Shown in pieces: positions 1 to 8,763 of a stretch of 62,154 nucleotides of DNA. Under the pieces are notes generated by a model. It was given only the letters and a program-made list of their open reading frames with translations, was not told where the DNA came from and did no database searches. Within the stretch, counting starts at the first letter, position 1; each line of letters opens with the position of its first letter. The translations under genes and the position numbers were made by a program. Where the stretch lies: IMG/VR virus record IMGVR_UViG_2534681696_000002, one strand, 5' to 3'. The stretch comes from a virus.

Positions 1-44
1 TCTTCGATCTTCGAATTTGCAGGCGCAGTATTCGCTTGTACTTC
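1..44. other. Record end overlap: 1..44 is identical to 62111..62154 (circular assembly closure; unit genome 62,110 bp)
   Basis: Direct comparison of the first and last 44 nt. Only this overlap keeps the tape-measure reading frame continuous (codon starting at base 2 maps to 62112, in frame with ORF 61495..62016). Confidence 0.8.
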
Positions 45-145
45 TTTGATTTTCTTTTCAGTCGCCTTTTTATTCGTATCTTCGATCTTCGAATTCGCGG
101 GCGCAGTATTCGCTTGTACTTCCTTGACCTTCTTCGCTGCTACGT
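1..145 (-). repeat. In-frame 78-bp (26-codon) tandem repeat inside the tape measure gene (copies 1..78 and 79..~145; more copies at 62033..62110)
   Basis: Units tcttcgatcttcgaatttgcaggcgcagtattcgcttgtacttctttgattttcttttcagtcgcctttttattcgta recur with period 78. Each encodes DTNKKATEKKIKEVQANTAPANSKIE. Confidence 0.9.
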
Positions 146-2759
146 CCTTGTCGAGCTGCTTGACTTTTGCGTCGGCTTCCTTCTTATCGAGATCCGCCTT
201 CTTTGCCGCCTTTTCCTCGACTTCCTTTTTTAGTTTCGCGTTTTTCGCTTCGGCTTCTTTCGGATCTAGTCCCGCCTGCTTGTCCGCCTTTTTCTTGATG
301 TCTTCTTCTAGCTTTTTATTATCGGCTTCGGCTTGCTCTTTCTTTAGTTTTACTTCCTTTTCCGAAGGCTTTTGAATCTCGTCGTTAAGTTTGCCGTATT
401 CCTCTTTTTGCTTCTTGATCTCTTCGGTGTTCTTCGCGTGTTCGTCGCGAGTCTTCGTGATCTCCTCTTTCGCCTTTTCCGCAGCTTCCTTCGATTTCAT
501 GTGATTGTCGTACTCTTCTTTTTGCTTATCGTTAAGCCCGTCTTGTGAGTTCTTCGCCTTTTCTAGCGATTCGAGCTTCTTGTTGTGCCCTTCGATAGCT
601 TTGTCGAGTGCTTCGATCTCCTTGCCCGACTCTGCTGCGACCCCTGCTACTGCCATTTGTTCTTTAATTCGGATAGCTACGGCGTTTTCGAGCTTCGCTT
701 GTTTTGCGTCAAGATCCGCAATTTGTCCGCGTGCTTGTTGTATCGTTTGTTCGTTCGTCGCTTGCTCTTGCTTCGCAGCTTCTAAAGACTTTTGCGCATT
801 CTCTAGCTTGTTTTTAGCGAAGTGGGCTTGTATTGTGTTCCCCGCCGCGACATGCGCCTGATACTCTTTTTCACGCTCATTTACGCGTACCTGCAACATA
901 TCTACGCTATCTTGTATGCCCTTACGCCTACTGATCGCCTCGTTACCCTCGTCTACGGCTTTCTTGTAGTCTTGCAGATCTTTAACTTGGTTTTTATAAC
1001 CTTGTGCGATCTGCTGCGATAGCTCGATTTGTTGTTTCTCCTTTAACGCCTTAACGAGTTCTTTTGCTGCGTCCGTATTCTCTGCTATAGCTGCGCCCGT
1101 TGTACTGTATGCTTGCGCCGTAGTCGGTGCTTTGTTGATAAGATCGTCAGATAGTCCGATAGTCTTGTTAATCTCTTCGTTATTAACTTTCGACTTTTTC
1201 GTCAGTCCGTCGAGTTCGGCTTGTAACGCCTTCTTTGTTTCGGGATTCTCTACACGTTTAATTTCTTCTTGTAGGTCACGATATCGAAGTAGCTCGCCAG
1301 AAGTTAAGTTGACTTTTCCTCGCATTCTCTCGTACTGAGTCGAAACGTCTTCGAGTGTACGGGCTTGCTCGCCTAACGATTGATACGTGTCGAGGTTTAC
1401 GTCCTTGTACTCTTCTGTCTCCTTCTTCGCTCCCGTTAACATATACGTAAGTCCTCCGACTGCTAACGCAACCGCACCGATTGCAGCCGTATAAGGATTC
1501 GCCATCATAGCGAGTCGTAACGTACTTAATGCAGATACAACTTTACCGATATTAGTTACGAAGATCATTAACCCCGCAGCCGTTCCCGCCGCAGCTAGTC
1601 CCGCAGATATAAATCTAGGATCGATGTCAGACAATGCGCCTAGAAGAGTAGTCGCGCCACCTGCTACCGCAGTAAATGCAGGTAATAGCGTTTCACCGAT
1701 TGCGATCGCCAAACCTTCCGCAGCAGATTTTACTTGCGTCCATGCGCCGATAAGCGTTTCTTGTTGGATCTTCGCGATACGTTCCGCAGTTCCGCCCGAT
1801 TGCTCTAATGACGTCTTATATTCTTGTAATGCGGGCGCGCCCTGTTTAATTAACGCTAGGAAACCCGCCGACGCTTCCGTACCTACTAATTGCGCTGCGG
1901 TTACGGTTTTTTGTGCGTCTGTCATGCCTTCCATTTTCGAACTAATATGACTGATTAACTCAGGAAGCGGCTTGAATTGTCCGTTTGAATTTACTACGCT
2001 GATCCCTAACTTATCGAAAGCCTTCGCCGTCTGTCCTGTTGGATTTGCTAACGATAGTAACATCGCACGTAATGACGTACCTGCTTGTGATCCTTGAATA
2101 CCTGCGTCGGACATTTTCGCTACTGCCGTCGCTGCGTCGGTCATATCCCAACCTAATGCATTCGCTACTGGTGCAACATATTTCATCGCCATACCTAATT
2201 GATTCATATCGGTATTTGCCGTCGTAAATGTCTTCGCTAGGATATCCGCTGCTTTGCTCGTATCTTTCGCCTCTAGTCCGAACCCTGTCATGATATTAGA
2301 TGCGATGTCCGCCGCAGTTCCTAGATCGATCGCGCCTGCTGCCGCTAGATTTAATACGGCGGGCATTGCGTCGATAGAGTCTTGCGCCTTGAAACCTGCT
2401 AGCGATAGAAACGCCAAACCGTCCGCAGCTTGTGAGGCGCTGAACTGTGTCGTCGCTCCTAAATTCTTCGCAGTTGCGGTTAACTGTGCGAATTCGGTAT
2501 CGGTCGCACCTGAGATCGCTTTTACCTTCGCCATTGACTGTTCGAAGTTTGCCGCAGCTTTAACGGAAGCGCCTACCGCAGCTACTACGGCAACGCCCGC
2601 GGCTGCCGATGCTTTGTTTAACATCGACATACCTTGCGACGTGCTTTGCGCCCCCTGTCCTAGTCCTTGCATATCTTGTCTTGCTTGACTTACGCCCTGT
2701 CGAAACTGAGCGTTATCTAGTACGAGCCGCGCCCGTACCTCGCCTGCATTTGCAGCCAT
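1..2759 (-). CDS. Tail tape measure protein, 5' part (ORF open at window start; continues at 61495..62110; about 1124 aa in total)
   Basis: ATG at 2759 with AAGGAG upstream. The track has no closed minus ORF in 1..2759, so the frame runs off the edge. Hand translation gives MAANAGEVRARLVLDNAQF... and ...IMTGFGLEAKDTSKAADILAKTF..., which resembles a TP901-type tape-measure core. It lies directly after the chaperone pair. Confidence 0.85.
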   Translation of the reverse strand, partial: MAANAGEVRARLVLDNAQFRQGVSQARQDMQGLGQGAQSTSQGMSMLNKASAAAGVAVVAAVGASVKAAANFEQSMAKVKAISGATDTEFAQLTATAKNLGATTQFSASQAADGLAFLSLAGFKAQDSIDAMPAVLNLAAAGAIDLGTAADIASNIMTGFGLEAKDTSKAADILAKTFTTANTDMNQLGMAMKYVAPVANALGWDMTDAATAVAKMSDAGIQGSQAGTSLRAMLLSLANPTGQTAKAFDKLGISVVNSNGQFKPLPELISHISSKMEGMTDAQKTVTAAQLVGTEASAGFLALIKQGAPALQEYKTSLEQSGGTAERIAKIQQETLIGAWTQVKSAAEGLAIAIGETLLPAFTAVAGGATTLLGALSDIDPRFISAGLAAAGTAAGLMIFVTNIGKVVSALSTLRLAMMANPYTAAIGAVALAVGGLTYMLTGAKKETEEYKDVNLDTYQSLGEQARTLEDVSTQYERMRGKVNLTSGELLRYRDLQEEIKRVENPETKKALQAELDGLTKKSKVNNEEINKTIGLSDDLINKAPTTAQAYSTTGAAIAENTDAAKELVKALKEKQQIELSQQIAQGYKNQVKDLQDYKKAVDEGNEAISRRKGIQDSVDMLQVRVNEREKEYQAHVAAGNTIQAHFAKNKLENAQKSLEAAKQEQATNEQTIQQARGQIADLDAKQAKLENAVAIRIKEQMAVAGVAAESGKEIEALDKAIEGHNKKLESLEKAKNSQDGLNDKQKEEYDNHMKSKEAAEKAKEEITKTRDEHAKNTEEIKKQKEEYGKLNDEIQKPSEKEVKLKKEQAEADNKKLEEDIKKKADKQAGLDPKEAEAKNAKLKKEVEEKAAKKADLDKKEADAKVKQLDKDVAAKKVKEVQANTAPANSKIEDTNKKATEKKIKEVQANTAPANSKIE

Positions 2760-2773
2760 ACAATCACGCTCCT

Positions 2774-3031
2774 TTATGATAGTGCTCGTAGCTCTTCGAA
2801 CTTGCTACGACTGAATTTTTCCCGTTTTGGTTTGATGCCCGCTTCTCTCGTCCAACTACGAACTAAATCGCGGTACGCATCTTGTTCGAGACTCTTCGCA
2901 TTTGCGATCGTTAGTAGATCTAACTTGTGCGCAGCCTTGCGATTTCTCGACTTCTCCGCATACATTGCAAGATCGATAAGATAATAGTCTTCTTCGATCT
3001 GTCTTTGTGTTACGCCCATTACGGCAGCCAT
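2774..3031 (-). CDS. Tail assembly chaperone, frameshift-extension segment (gpT-like), probably made as a fusion with the 3061..3507 product
   Basis: The ORF is in the -1 frame relative to 3061..3507. That frame stays open upstream to the slippery site at 3136..3142. It lies between the major tail and tape measure genes. Confidence 0.6.
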   Translation of the reverse strand: MAAVMGVTQRQIEEDYYLIDLAMYAEKSRNRKAAHKLDLLTIANAKSLEQDAYRDLVRSWTREAGIKPKREKFSRSKFEELRALS

Positions 3032-3060
3032 TTCTAGAAGGAAACTATCGAAGGGATCGT

Positions 3061-3507
3061 CTAGATCTCCGTCGTTTCTTCGATCGTCTCCGTCGCTTCC
3101 GTCGTCTTCTTCGCTTTCGGTAATAGGCTTATTACGTTTTTTACCATTCGCTCTAGATCGTTGTACTTGACCATTTGCACGAGGTATTCGATTACTTCGG
3201 ACATTCCCACTTCACCATGTAGGTAATCTTCGTCGATTCCTGTTAATGCTGATGTGATCGTTACGAAGTCGTCCGTCGCATTCTCTACCGCTGCGAGTGC
3301 GTACATAGCGTATTGATCTTCGGGCGCGCTCATAACCTGTATAACGAGATTCGGAACGTTCCCAGTAACGGCGATCATTTCCTTAAACTCTTTCGGCGTT
3401 ACTTTACGAATTCGTACTTTCTTCGATCCTAGCGTTAACGTATCGGGCGCTAGCATTGCTTTTTCCGCTTCCTTTTTCGTGAATATGTTTGCGATTTTTG
3501 TAAGCAT
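3061..3507 (-). CDS. Tail assembly chaperone (gpG-like)
   Basis: Start taken at ATG 3507 (MLTKIANIF) after AAGGAGG. The track start at 3564 lies inside the intergenic box. Acidic C-terminus; position upstream of the tape measure gene. Confidence 0.6.
   Translation of the reverse strand: MLTKIANIFTKKEAEKAMLAPDTLTLGSKKVRIRKVTPKEFKEMIAVTGNVPNLVIQVMSAPEDQYAMYALAAVENATDDFVTITSALTGIDEDYLHGEVGMSEVIEYLVQMVKYNDLERMVKNVISLLPKAKKTTEATETIEETTEI
3136..3142 (-). promoter_or_regulatory. Candidate -1 programmed frameshift heptamer A_AAA_AAC
   Basis: Minus-strand GTA AAA AAC in the gpG frame. The -1 frame is open from here to the stop at 2774. Confidence 0.5.
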
Positions 3508-3550
3508 GTAAGTTCCTCCTTGTCGAGTTTGACAAAACACAAAAAATATG

Positions 3551-3570
3551 CTTTGTACGTACATAAACGC
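3551..3570 (-). promoter_or_regulatory. Intergenic 20-bp box, copy s (variant GCGTTTATGTACGTACAAAG)
   Basis: Core GCGTTTATGTACG on the minus strand, 43 nt before ATG 3507, directly after terminator 3582..3609. Confidence 0.7.
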
Positions 3571-3581
3571 CGATAAACGAC

Positions 3582-3609
3582 AAAAAAGACTAGAGCCGCA
3601 GCCCTAGTC
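3582..3609 (-). terminator. Rho-independent terminator after the major tail gene
   Basis: Minus-strand GACTAGGGCTGCGGCTCTAGTC hairpin followed by TTTTTT. Confidence 0.7.
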
Positions 3610-3620
3610 GTTAGTTATCG

Positions 3621-4220
3621 TTATTTTGTTTTCGCGTCTTTCTCAGCTTGGAACGCCTCAACTTCTGCGCGAGTCGCTGCGCCTGCCGCTTGTTTTACAG
3701 TCTCGTCACCTAAGATGTAAAGCGTGCCGTCAGCCTCAGGGAACGCATTGAATGTAATGTTTGCGATACGCTCGTTATCAGGATCGAACGTGTAATCAGG
3801 ATCAGCCGACGCCGCTGCGTTTGGTACTGTAATCCAGTCGTTTGCCGTAGCGTTTGGATCGGTTGGTTTGATAACCATCTTTTTAGCAGTCGATAGCATA
3901 TCGAAACCTGCGTTAGCTGATACGAATAACGCCTTTTTCGTGCCTTCTTCTACATATTTAGAGTTAGGCATTACCGCGCCCAGTCGCTTTAAGTCGTGCA
4001 ATGCGAAAGGTACTGTCGTTTCTGCCTTACGACCTTTCATGATCGATTTTACAGGCGTTTCACCGAACTGATCGACCGTAACTTCCTGTACTGACGTCGA
4101 TACGCCGAATGAGATACCGCCCTTTGTAATGTCGAAGACTACCATATCTGCGCCCTCGCCGTATTCTACGATTGCAGCACCGATCGGCACATTGATAGAT
4201 GAAGTTTTTGCGTTTGTCAT
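3621..4220 (-). CDS. Major tail protein
   Basis: Start ATG 4220 (MTNAKTSS) after GGGGG. About 200 aa. Position between the head-tail connector genes and the chaperones, followed by a strong terminator. Confidence 0.6.
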   Translation of the reverse strand: MTNAKTSSINVPIGAAIVEYGEGADMVVFDITKGGISFGVSTSVQEVTVDQFGETPVKSIMKGRKAETTVPFALHDLKRLGAVMPNSKYVEEGTKKALFVSANAGFDMLSTAKKMVIKPTDPNATANDWITVPNAAASADPDYTFDPDNERIANITFNAFPEADGTLYILGDETVKQAAGAATRAEVEAFQAEKDAKTK

Positions 4221-4225
4221 AATTA

Positions 4226-4597
4226 TTACCCCCGTATAGTTAGTTGAAAGTTTAGCGAAAATATAGGACGTTTCGCCTCGTCCTTTCCCGTCCATAATGG
4301 ATAGGATTGTAACGCATATATTTCAGTGACCGAAGTGTCTCCGATCATAATCTCTTCTTTATACTTAAACTCTTCGTAAAGCTCGTTCGCTTTCGCCTCT
4401 GCGCCTTGAACGTCGTCAGGCTTTCCACGTACTAAAAACTGTAATGTCGGTTGTCGTACGCCCGTACTTCTCGTAGGCATTCCGCCATGTAGTAAGATCA
4501 GGGCGCATTCATCTTTCGCCGTCGTGGGATAAGAATAGGCGTAGTAGGTGTGCGGTACGAGCGACTTGACATACTTTTCGACATCTGCTATACGCAT
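4226..4597 (-). CDS. Tail completion / tail terminator-like protein
   Basis: 123-aa ORF, last of four tightly packed connector genes upstream of the major tail gene. Confidence 0.45.
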   Translation of the reverse strand: MRIADVEKYVKSLVPHTYYAYSYPTTAKDECALILLHGGMPTRSTGVRQPTLQFLVRGKPDDVQGAEAKANELYEEFKYKEEIMIGDTSVTEIYALQSYPLWTGKDEAKRPIFSLNFQLTIRG

Positions 4598-4598
4598 A

Positions 4599-5003
4599 CT
4601 ACTTCAATCCTTTCTGTACACCTTCGCCCAACCATTGTAAGTACTTTTGTGATTCACCCTTTAGCGGTCGTTCTAAGTACTTACTACCGATCGCATAGCC
4701 GTTAAAAGCTCCCGTTACACTCGGCGTATAAGACCACTCGTGCATCGCTATTGCGTAATTAAAGTTTCCTCGTCCGAACGCTGAGAACGAAACTTCTCCG
4801 ACTACTTGATCGCCTTGTTGTTTGACGGTCTTTTTATGTGATTTACGTAGACTACTTTTATCGATCGGTGCAATATTTGACGAAATACGAGCGAGATCGT
4901 CTACGCAATCGTGCATCGCTTTTTTAGTCGAGTTATTGACGCCCGTTTCAATCCGCTGCATGTTACCGTCGAAACTGCCGAAATCTAGTGTAAAGCCCGC
5001 CAT
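4599..5003 (-). CDS. Head-tail joining protein (HK97 gp10-like)
   Basis: ...NSTKKAMHDCVDDLARISSNIAPIDKSSLRKS... resembles the gp10-family pattern. TAATG overlap with the upstream gene. Confidence 0.5.
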   Translation of the reverse strand: MAGFTLDFGSFDGNMQRIETGVNNSTKKAMHDCVDDLARISSNIAPIDKSSLRKSHKKTVKQQGDQVVGEVSFSAFGRGNFNYAIAMHEWSYTPSVTGAFNGYAIGSKYLERPLKGESQKYLQWLGEGVQKGLK

Positions 5004-5335
5004 TAGATAAACACCGTAGTCATTAACGGTTTACCGCTAAAGTCCCGCTGAATTTTAATGTTTTTCGGACTGCCTTTGTACACCGTTCCCGACTCGTTGA
5101 TGTACTCTATTTCGTCCTCGTACCCTATATCCGCAATTTTATCGAGTAACAATTTAAGCTCGACTACAATCGTAGCGCCCTGTACTTGACTATTTCGATC
5201 CGTTGTGGTGTGCGATCCCTCGACCGCACGACATTTAAGTTCGACCGTTTCGACCTCTTCGGGCTTTCCCCACATATCGAGATCGCCGATCGCTCTTCGC
5301 CTAGTGACTATTTGCTTTAATGGTACGATTGCCAT
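5003..5335 (-). CDS. Head closure / head-tail adaptor protein
   Basis: Start ATG 5335 (MAIVPLKQ), overlapping the upstream stop as TAATG. Position in the connector block. Confidence 0.45.
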   Translation of the reverse strand: MAIVPLKQIVTRRRAIGDLDMWGKPEEVETVELKCRAVEGSHTTTDRNSQVQGATIVVELKLLLDKIADIGYEDEIEYINESGTVYKGSPKNIKIQRDFSGKPLMTTVFI

Positions 5336-5733
5336 TACGTAAGCCACCCCACTTCTCGCCCTGATATGTGTAACTCTTCATTTACTTCTTCTATAAGCTC
5401 GATTACACTATCGGGGATCAGATCATTAAGCGATTGACCAACCGCACTAGATACATTGTTTTCTTTGAACGTGAAAGAACCTACGCCCGTAACACTAAAC
5501 GACGCAATGCCTTGTTGTTGCATTTTGTTCGTGTCATTGTAAACGATAGCTAGATACGCAGCGAATTCGTAAATTGCGTTATCAGGGATCGTATTGCCCT
5601 TGAATTTCTTCGTTAACGTTCTATCTGCCGCATTCATAAGACGAACTTTCTTTGCCTCGTCAGCGTCGTGCCAGTCCTCGTTGCTGATGACGTAAGCGTC
5701 GATATGTTCCGTCGCTTCTGCGATTCGCTCCAT
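5335..5733 (-). CDS. Head-tail connector (gp6-like, DNA packaging/connector family)
   Basis: 132-aa ORF directly after the capsid gene. N-terminal MERIAEATEHIDAYV...DEAKKVRLMNAADRTL resembles connector proteins. Confidence 0.5.
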   Translation of the reverse strand: MERIAEATEHIDAYVISNEDWHDADEAKKVRLMNAADRTLTKKFKGNTIPDNAIYEFAAYLAIVYNDTNKMQQQGIASFSVTGVGSFTFKENNVSSAVGQSLNDLIPDSVIELIEEVNEELHISGREVGWLT

Positions 5734-5755
5734 ATATCACGACCTCCCGTATACG

Positions 5756-5787
5756 AAAAAGCGACTAGAGCCGTTAAGCCCTAGCCG
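5756..5787 (-). terminator. Terminator after the major capsid gene
   Basis: Minus-strand CGGCTAGGGC-TTAACG-GCTCTAGTCGC hairpin followed by TTTTT. Confidence 0.55.
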
Positions 5788-5798
5788 ATCCATTTCGA

Positions 5799-6938
5799 TT
5801 ATTTTTTAGCTGCTGCTCGTGTCGCAGGTACTTTCGCTTTGCCAGTCGCAAGACCTGTGATTTTAGCGTGTGCCGCTTCTTGTAACATTTCTAGCGTGTA
5901 CTCGCCGATTAACATACCTTGCATGTAGTCGCCTTTCTTACCTAAGAACTCATGAGAGAAATCACGCGTTTGTAGTGGGCGGATAGATAAGCGATTCGCA
6001 TCGATTACCAAAATTTCACCCGCAGGCATGTTGTTATTTAGTAAGATCTCAGCGTTTCCGAAGTCAGATACGTAATGATCTACTACCTGTCCGCGTCCGT
6101 TATCTTGACGAGTTAATCGGATCTGCGCATTACCGAATTGAGAGATTGCGATCTTTTGCGTAGCGCCTACGATGATCTTATAATCGCCGCCTGCATTGAA
6201 TCCGCCCGCCTCGAAGATCATACGGAATGCTTCGATTAAGTGCTCGTCCGCAACGCCTGCGCCGCTTGCAGGGATAACGTTCGTTTCGATGAATGAGCGA
6301 ATACCGCGCATCATACGTTTATTTCCTTGCTCGTAGCGAATACCATTGATAACCGCTTTTTCTAACGCTAACGCTAATTCTAGTTGTTTCTTTTGTTTCT
6401 CTTTCTCGTACTCGTTATCTACGCCGTACTGAGCTACCGCCATCGCAGTACCCGTTAATTCTACAGTTTCGTCGAAGATCTGCGTAATGTTAGAACCGCG
6501 TGTACGTGGCTTGTAGCGACCTTCGCGAGCGTCTGAGCCTTCCGCACCTTCTACGAACATTACTTCTACTACTTCACCGATTTCCGCAGTACCCGCAACC
6601 GTATCAGCGTAACCACGCAATACTGTTAACTTTTCGCCTTCTACTTTAGCTACTAAGACTAATTCTTCGCCGATTCGGATCACTTGACGAGATCGGAATG
6701 CTTCGCCGCTTTCTACTTCGATAGCCGTTGCGTCAGCCGCTAAAGGCTTTGTTAACGTGCTCTCTTGTGCGAACATTTCATCTTCGAACCATACGTGCTC
6801 GACGTTTGTAACTGGGCTTCCGAATCCTAATAGATTTAACATAGGCGTTTGAAGTGGATTAAGCATTAAGAATTCGTCCGTTACGGATTCCTTAACACCG
6901 ATTAGCTCGTTTGAGTATACTTTAGTTTCTTTAGTCAT
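5799..6938 (-). CDS. Major capsid protein
   Basis: 379 aa. The N-terminal pattern ...LNPLQTPMLNLLGFGSPVTNVEHVWFEDE... is typical of a phage major head protein family. It follows the scaffold gene and has a strong RBS. Confidence 0.8.
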   Translation of the reverse strand: MTKETKVYSNELIGVKESVTDEFLMLNPLQTPMLNLLGFGSPVTNVEHVWFEDEMFAQESTLTKPLAADATAIEVESGEAFRSRQVIRIGEELVLVAKVEGEKLTVLRGYADTVAGTAEIGEVVEVMFVEGAEGSDAREGRYKPRTRGSNITQIFDETVELTGTAMAVAQYGVDNEYEKEKQKKQLELALALEKAVINGIRYEQGNKRMMRGIRSFIETNVIPASGAGVADEHLIEAFRMIFEAGGFNAGGDYKIIVGATQKIAISQFGNAQIRLTRQDNGRGQVVDHYVSDFGNAEILLNNNMPAGEILVIDANRLSIRPLQTRDFSHEFLGKKGDYMQGMLIGEYTLEMLQEAAHAKITGLATGKAKVPATRAAAKK

Positions 6939-7022
6939 AATTAATAACCCCCTGAGTTTTGTGTAATGAAAAAAGCCGCCCGTTTTGGACGACTTGACAG
7001 ATCTAATTATTTATGTTGAGAG

Positions 7023-7679
7023 CTATTTACGCCCTAACTTATGTTTCATTTGCGCATATTTGACCTTATCGTCCATGCGACCGTGCTTTCGAACTTTTGC
7101 TGCTAACTCTTCTAGAATTTGCTCGTCCGTTTTTTCGGTCTTCTGTCCGCCGCCATTTGATGCGCCGCCGATTTCTCGCTGCTTAACTTCTTCTTTCTTA
7201 ACTAAGTACGGGCGATCCGTAGCTAGCTGCGTAACGATTTCGGCAATCTTATCGACTTCCGTTTCGTCAGTAATGCCCGCTAACATTCGAGCATCTTTTA
7301 AATATGCTTCGGGAATGTGCGCCGCTTTAGCTGCTGCATTAAATGCATTCGTTACTTTTGTATCTCGATCCGCTTTTTCTAGCGCTGCAATACGTGCGTT
7401 AGCTGCTGCGATCTCTTCGTCTTTCTTCGCTGCGATCTCTTTCGCCTTTTCAACTTCGTCTAGTTTTGCTAAACGTGCGTCTTCGGCTGCTTGATCTGCT
7501 GCGTCGGCTTTCGCTTTAATCTCGTCGTAATCTGCGAACTTCGCTTTCACTTTGTTCTTATTACGTACGATAAGCTCGTCCAGTTCGGATTGCTTCATTG
7601 TAACGACCTTTTCGTCGTCCTTTAGCTCGTCCGTCTTGATTTCCTCTTCGTGAGTTTGGTTATCTAATTTCTCTGTCAT
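7023..7679 (-). CDS. Scaffolding protein
   Basis: 218 aa, highly charged with K/E/A-rich coiled-coil character, directly upstream of the capsid gene. Confidence 0.7.
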   Translation of the reverse strand: MTEKLDNQTHEEEIKTDELKDDEKVVTMKQSELDELIVRNKNKVKAKFADYDEIKAKADAADQAAEDARLAKLDEVEKAKEIAAKKDEEIAAANARIAALEKADRDTKVTNAFNAAAKAAHIPEAYLKDARMLAGITDETEVDKIAEIVTQLATDRPYLVKKEEVKQREIGGASNGGGQKTEKTDEQILEELAAKVRKHGRMDDKVKYAQMKHKLGRK

Positions 7680-7749
7680 TGTGATACCCCCGTTTTTAAC
7701 CCGTCGGTCATAGATTCCGATGTTTAACCCCGTCGTAAGGTTTGTTTTG

Positions 7750-7813
7750 TTATCTCTTTCCTCATACTATAGGTACGACTAATCGATCATTAATTGTATA
7801 CATTGCGTAAACT
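7750..7813 (-). promoter_or_regulatory. 62-bp repeat copy A (candidate late promoter in front of scaffold/capsid)
   Basis: Near-identical to 13887..13946. The minus strand reads ...ATGTATACAATTAAT-N17-TATAGT, with the -10-like hexamer at 7771..7766. Confidence 0.5.
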
Positions 7814-7815
7814 TT

Positions 7816-8763
7816 TTAACTTTTTTCTTCATTTCTTAAATTAGGATCACGTCCGCCCGCTTTTTCCGCAGCTTCTCCGATCTTTTCTTGCCTCTTCGCA
7901 ATCTCCTTCGAGTGGTCGTCTAGTTTGTCGTAGTCTCGGAATGGTACGATATGGTGTTTACAATTCGGGTGAAAGATCTGCCCAGTTCCCTTTAACTGAT
8001 CGTACGTCGGGTAGTTCCCTTCCGCCTCCATTGTTAACTTAATAATTCGCCCTTGATGGAATCGGCACGAGTCTTTCGTAGATCCATTAAAAGAGATAGT
8101 CGCATAATAAGCGCCTCGATCGATTGCTTCGTTTGTCGTTGCTTCCTTCTGTATTTCAGTGAGCTTCGTACGTGCGAGCATATCCGTATAATGTTCGACA
8201 GACCAACGGCGACCGCTTTTGTCGATGATCCCAGTATCTACGGAATCCTTTAGCTCCTTCTTTAATTCTTTGATCTTCTCTTTTAGCTGATCCGACATAA
8301 CGGTAGAATTACGAGACGTTGCGATCCCTTGCGCAATTACTTCCATCGATACTTTACGTATACCGCGTTGCATCTCTTTCGCCATGTTATCGGTAATCGC
8401 GAGGACATTTTTCATCGTGTCCGCTGCTGCTACTCTCGCCATATCGCTATTTACTTGACTAAAACGAGCGATACGATATGCAGCTTCGATCGTGTCCGCA
8501 TATCCTAGAGCGTGTAGCGTTTGTGCGATCCCCTCTTTTGCTGCGAGTGGTACATTTTCTTTGATCCATTCGGCTGCCTCTTTATCTACCTTAATTAATT
8601 CCATTTGGATATTATGCATAAGTGCGATTCCAGTAGCTCGATTAAGGTCGGCGATTTCCATCTGATCTATTTGCGCCTGCATGTTTTTAAGTGCCCGCTG
8701 ATAAATGCGGACAAGCCGCCCAACGTTATATACGTAAGACGGCTCGATTCGCTTATCCCTCAT
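7816..8763 (-). CDS. Minor head / head morphogenesis protein (Mu F / SPP1 gp7-like)
   Basis: C-terminal ...GQIFHPNCKHHIVPF... motif typical of the family. Overlaps the end of the portal gene. Confidence 0.75.
   Translation of the reverse strand: MRDKRIEPSYVYNVGRLVRIYQRALKNMQAQIDQMEIADLNRATGIALMHNIQMELIKVDKEAAEWIKENVPLAAKEGIAQTLHALGYADTIEAAYRIARFSQVNSDMARVAAADTMKNVLAITDNMAKEMQRGIRKVSMEVIAQGIATSRNSTVMSDQLKEKIKELKKELKDSVDTGIIDKSGRRWSVEHYTDMLARTKLTEIQKEATTNEAIDRGAYYATISFNGSTKDSCRFHQGRIIKLTMEAEGNYPTYDQLKGTGQIFHPNCKHHIVPFRDYDKLDDHSKEIAKRQEKIGEAAEKAGGRDPNLRNEEKS

Noticed and set aside
36-2688. Plus-strand ORFs in the track (36..233, 46..375, 505..861, 1624..1950, 2254..2688 and others)
   Set aside because: Low-complexity S/F/A/C-rich translations that are antisense shadows of the K/E/A-rich tape measure gene. 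No RBS, and they overlap a long continuous minus-strand frame.
7762-7785. Resemblance of ctataggtacgactaatcg to the reverse complement of a T7-type promoter (CTATAGTGAGTCGTATTA)
   Set aside because: Only a partial match. No single-subunit RNA polymerase gene is present, and the element occurs just twice.
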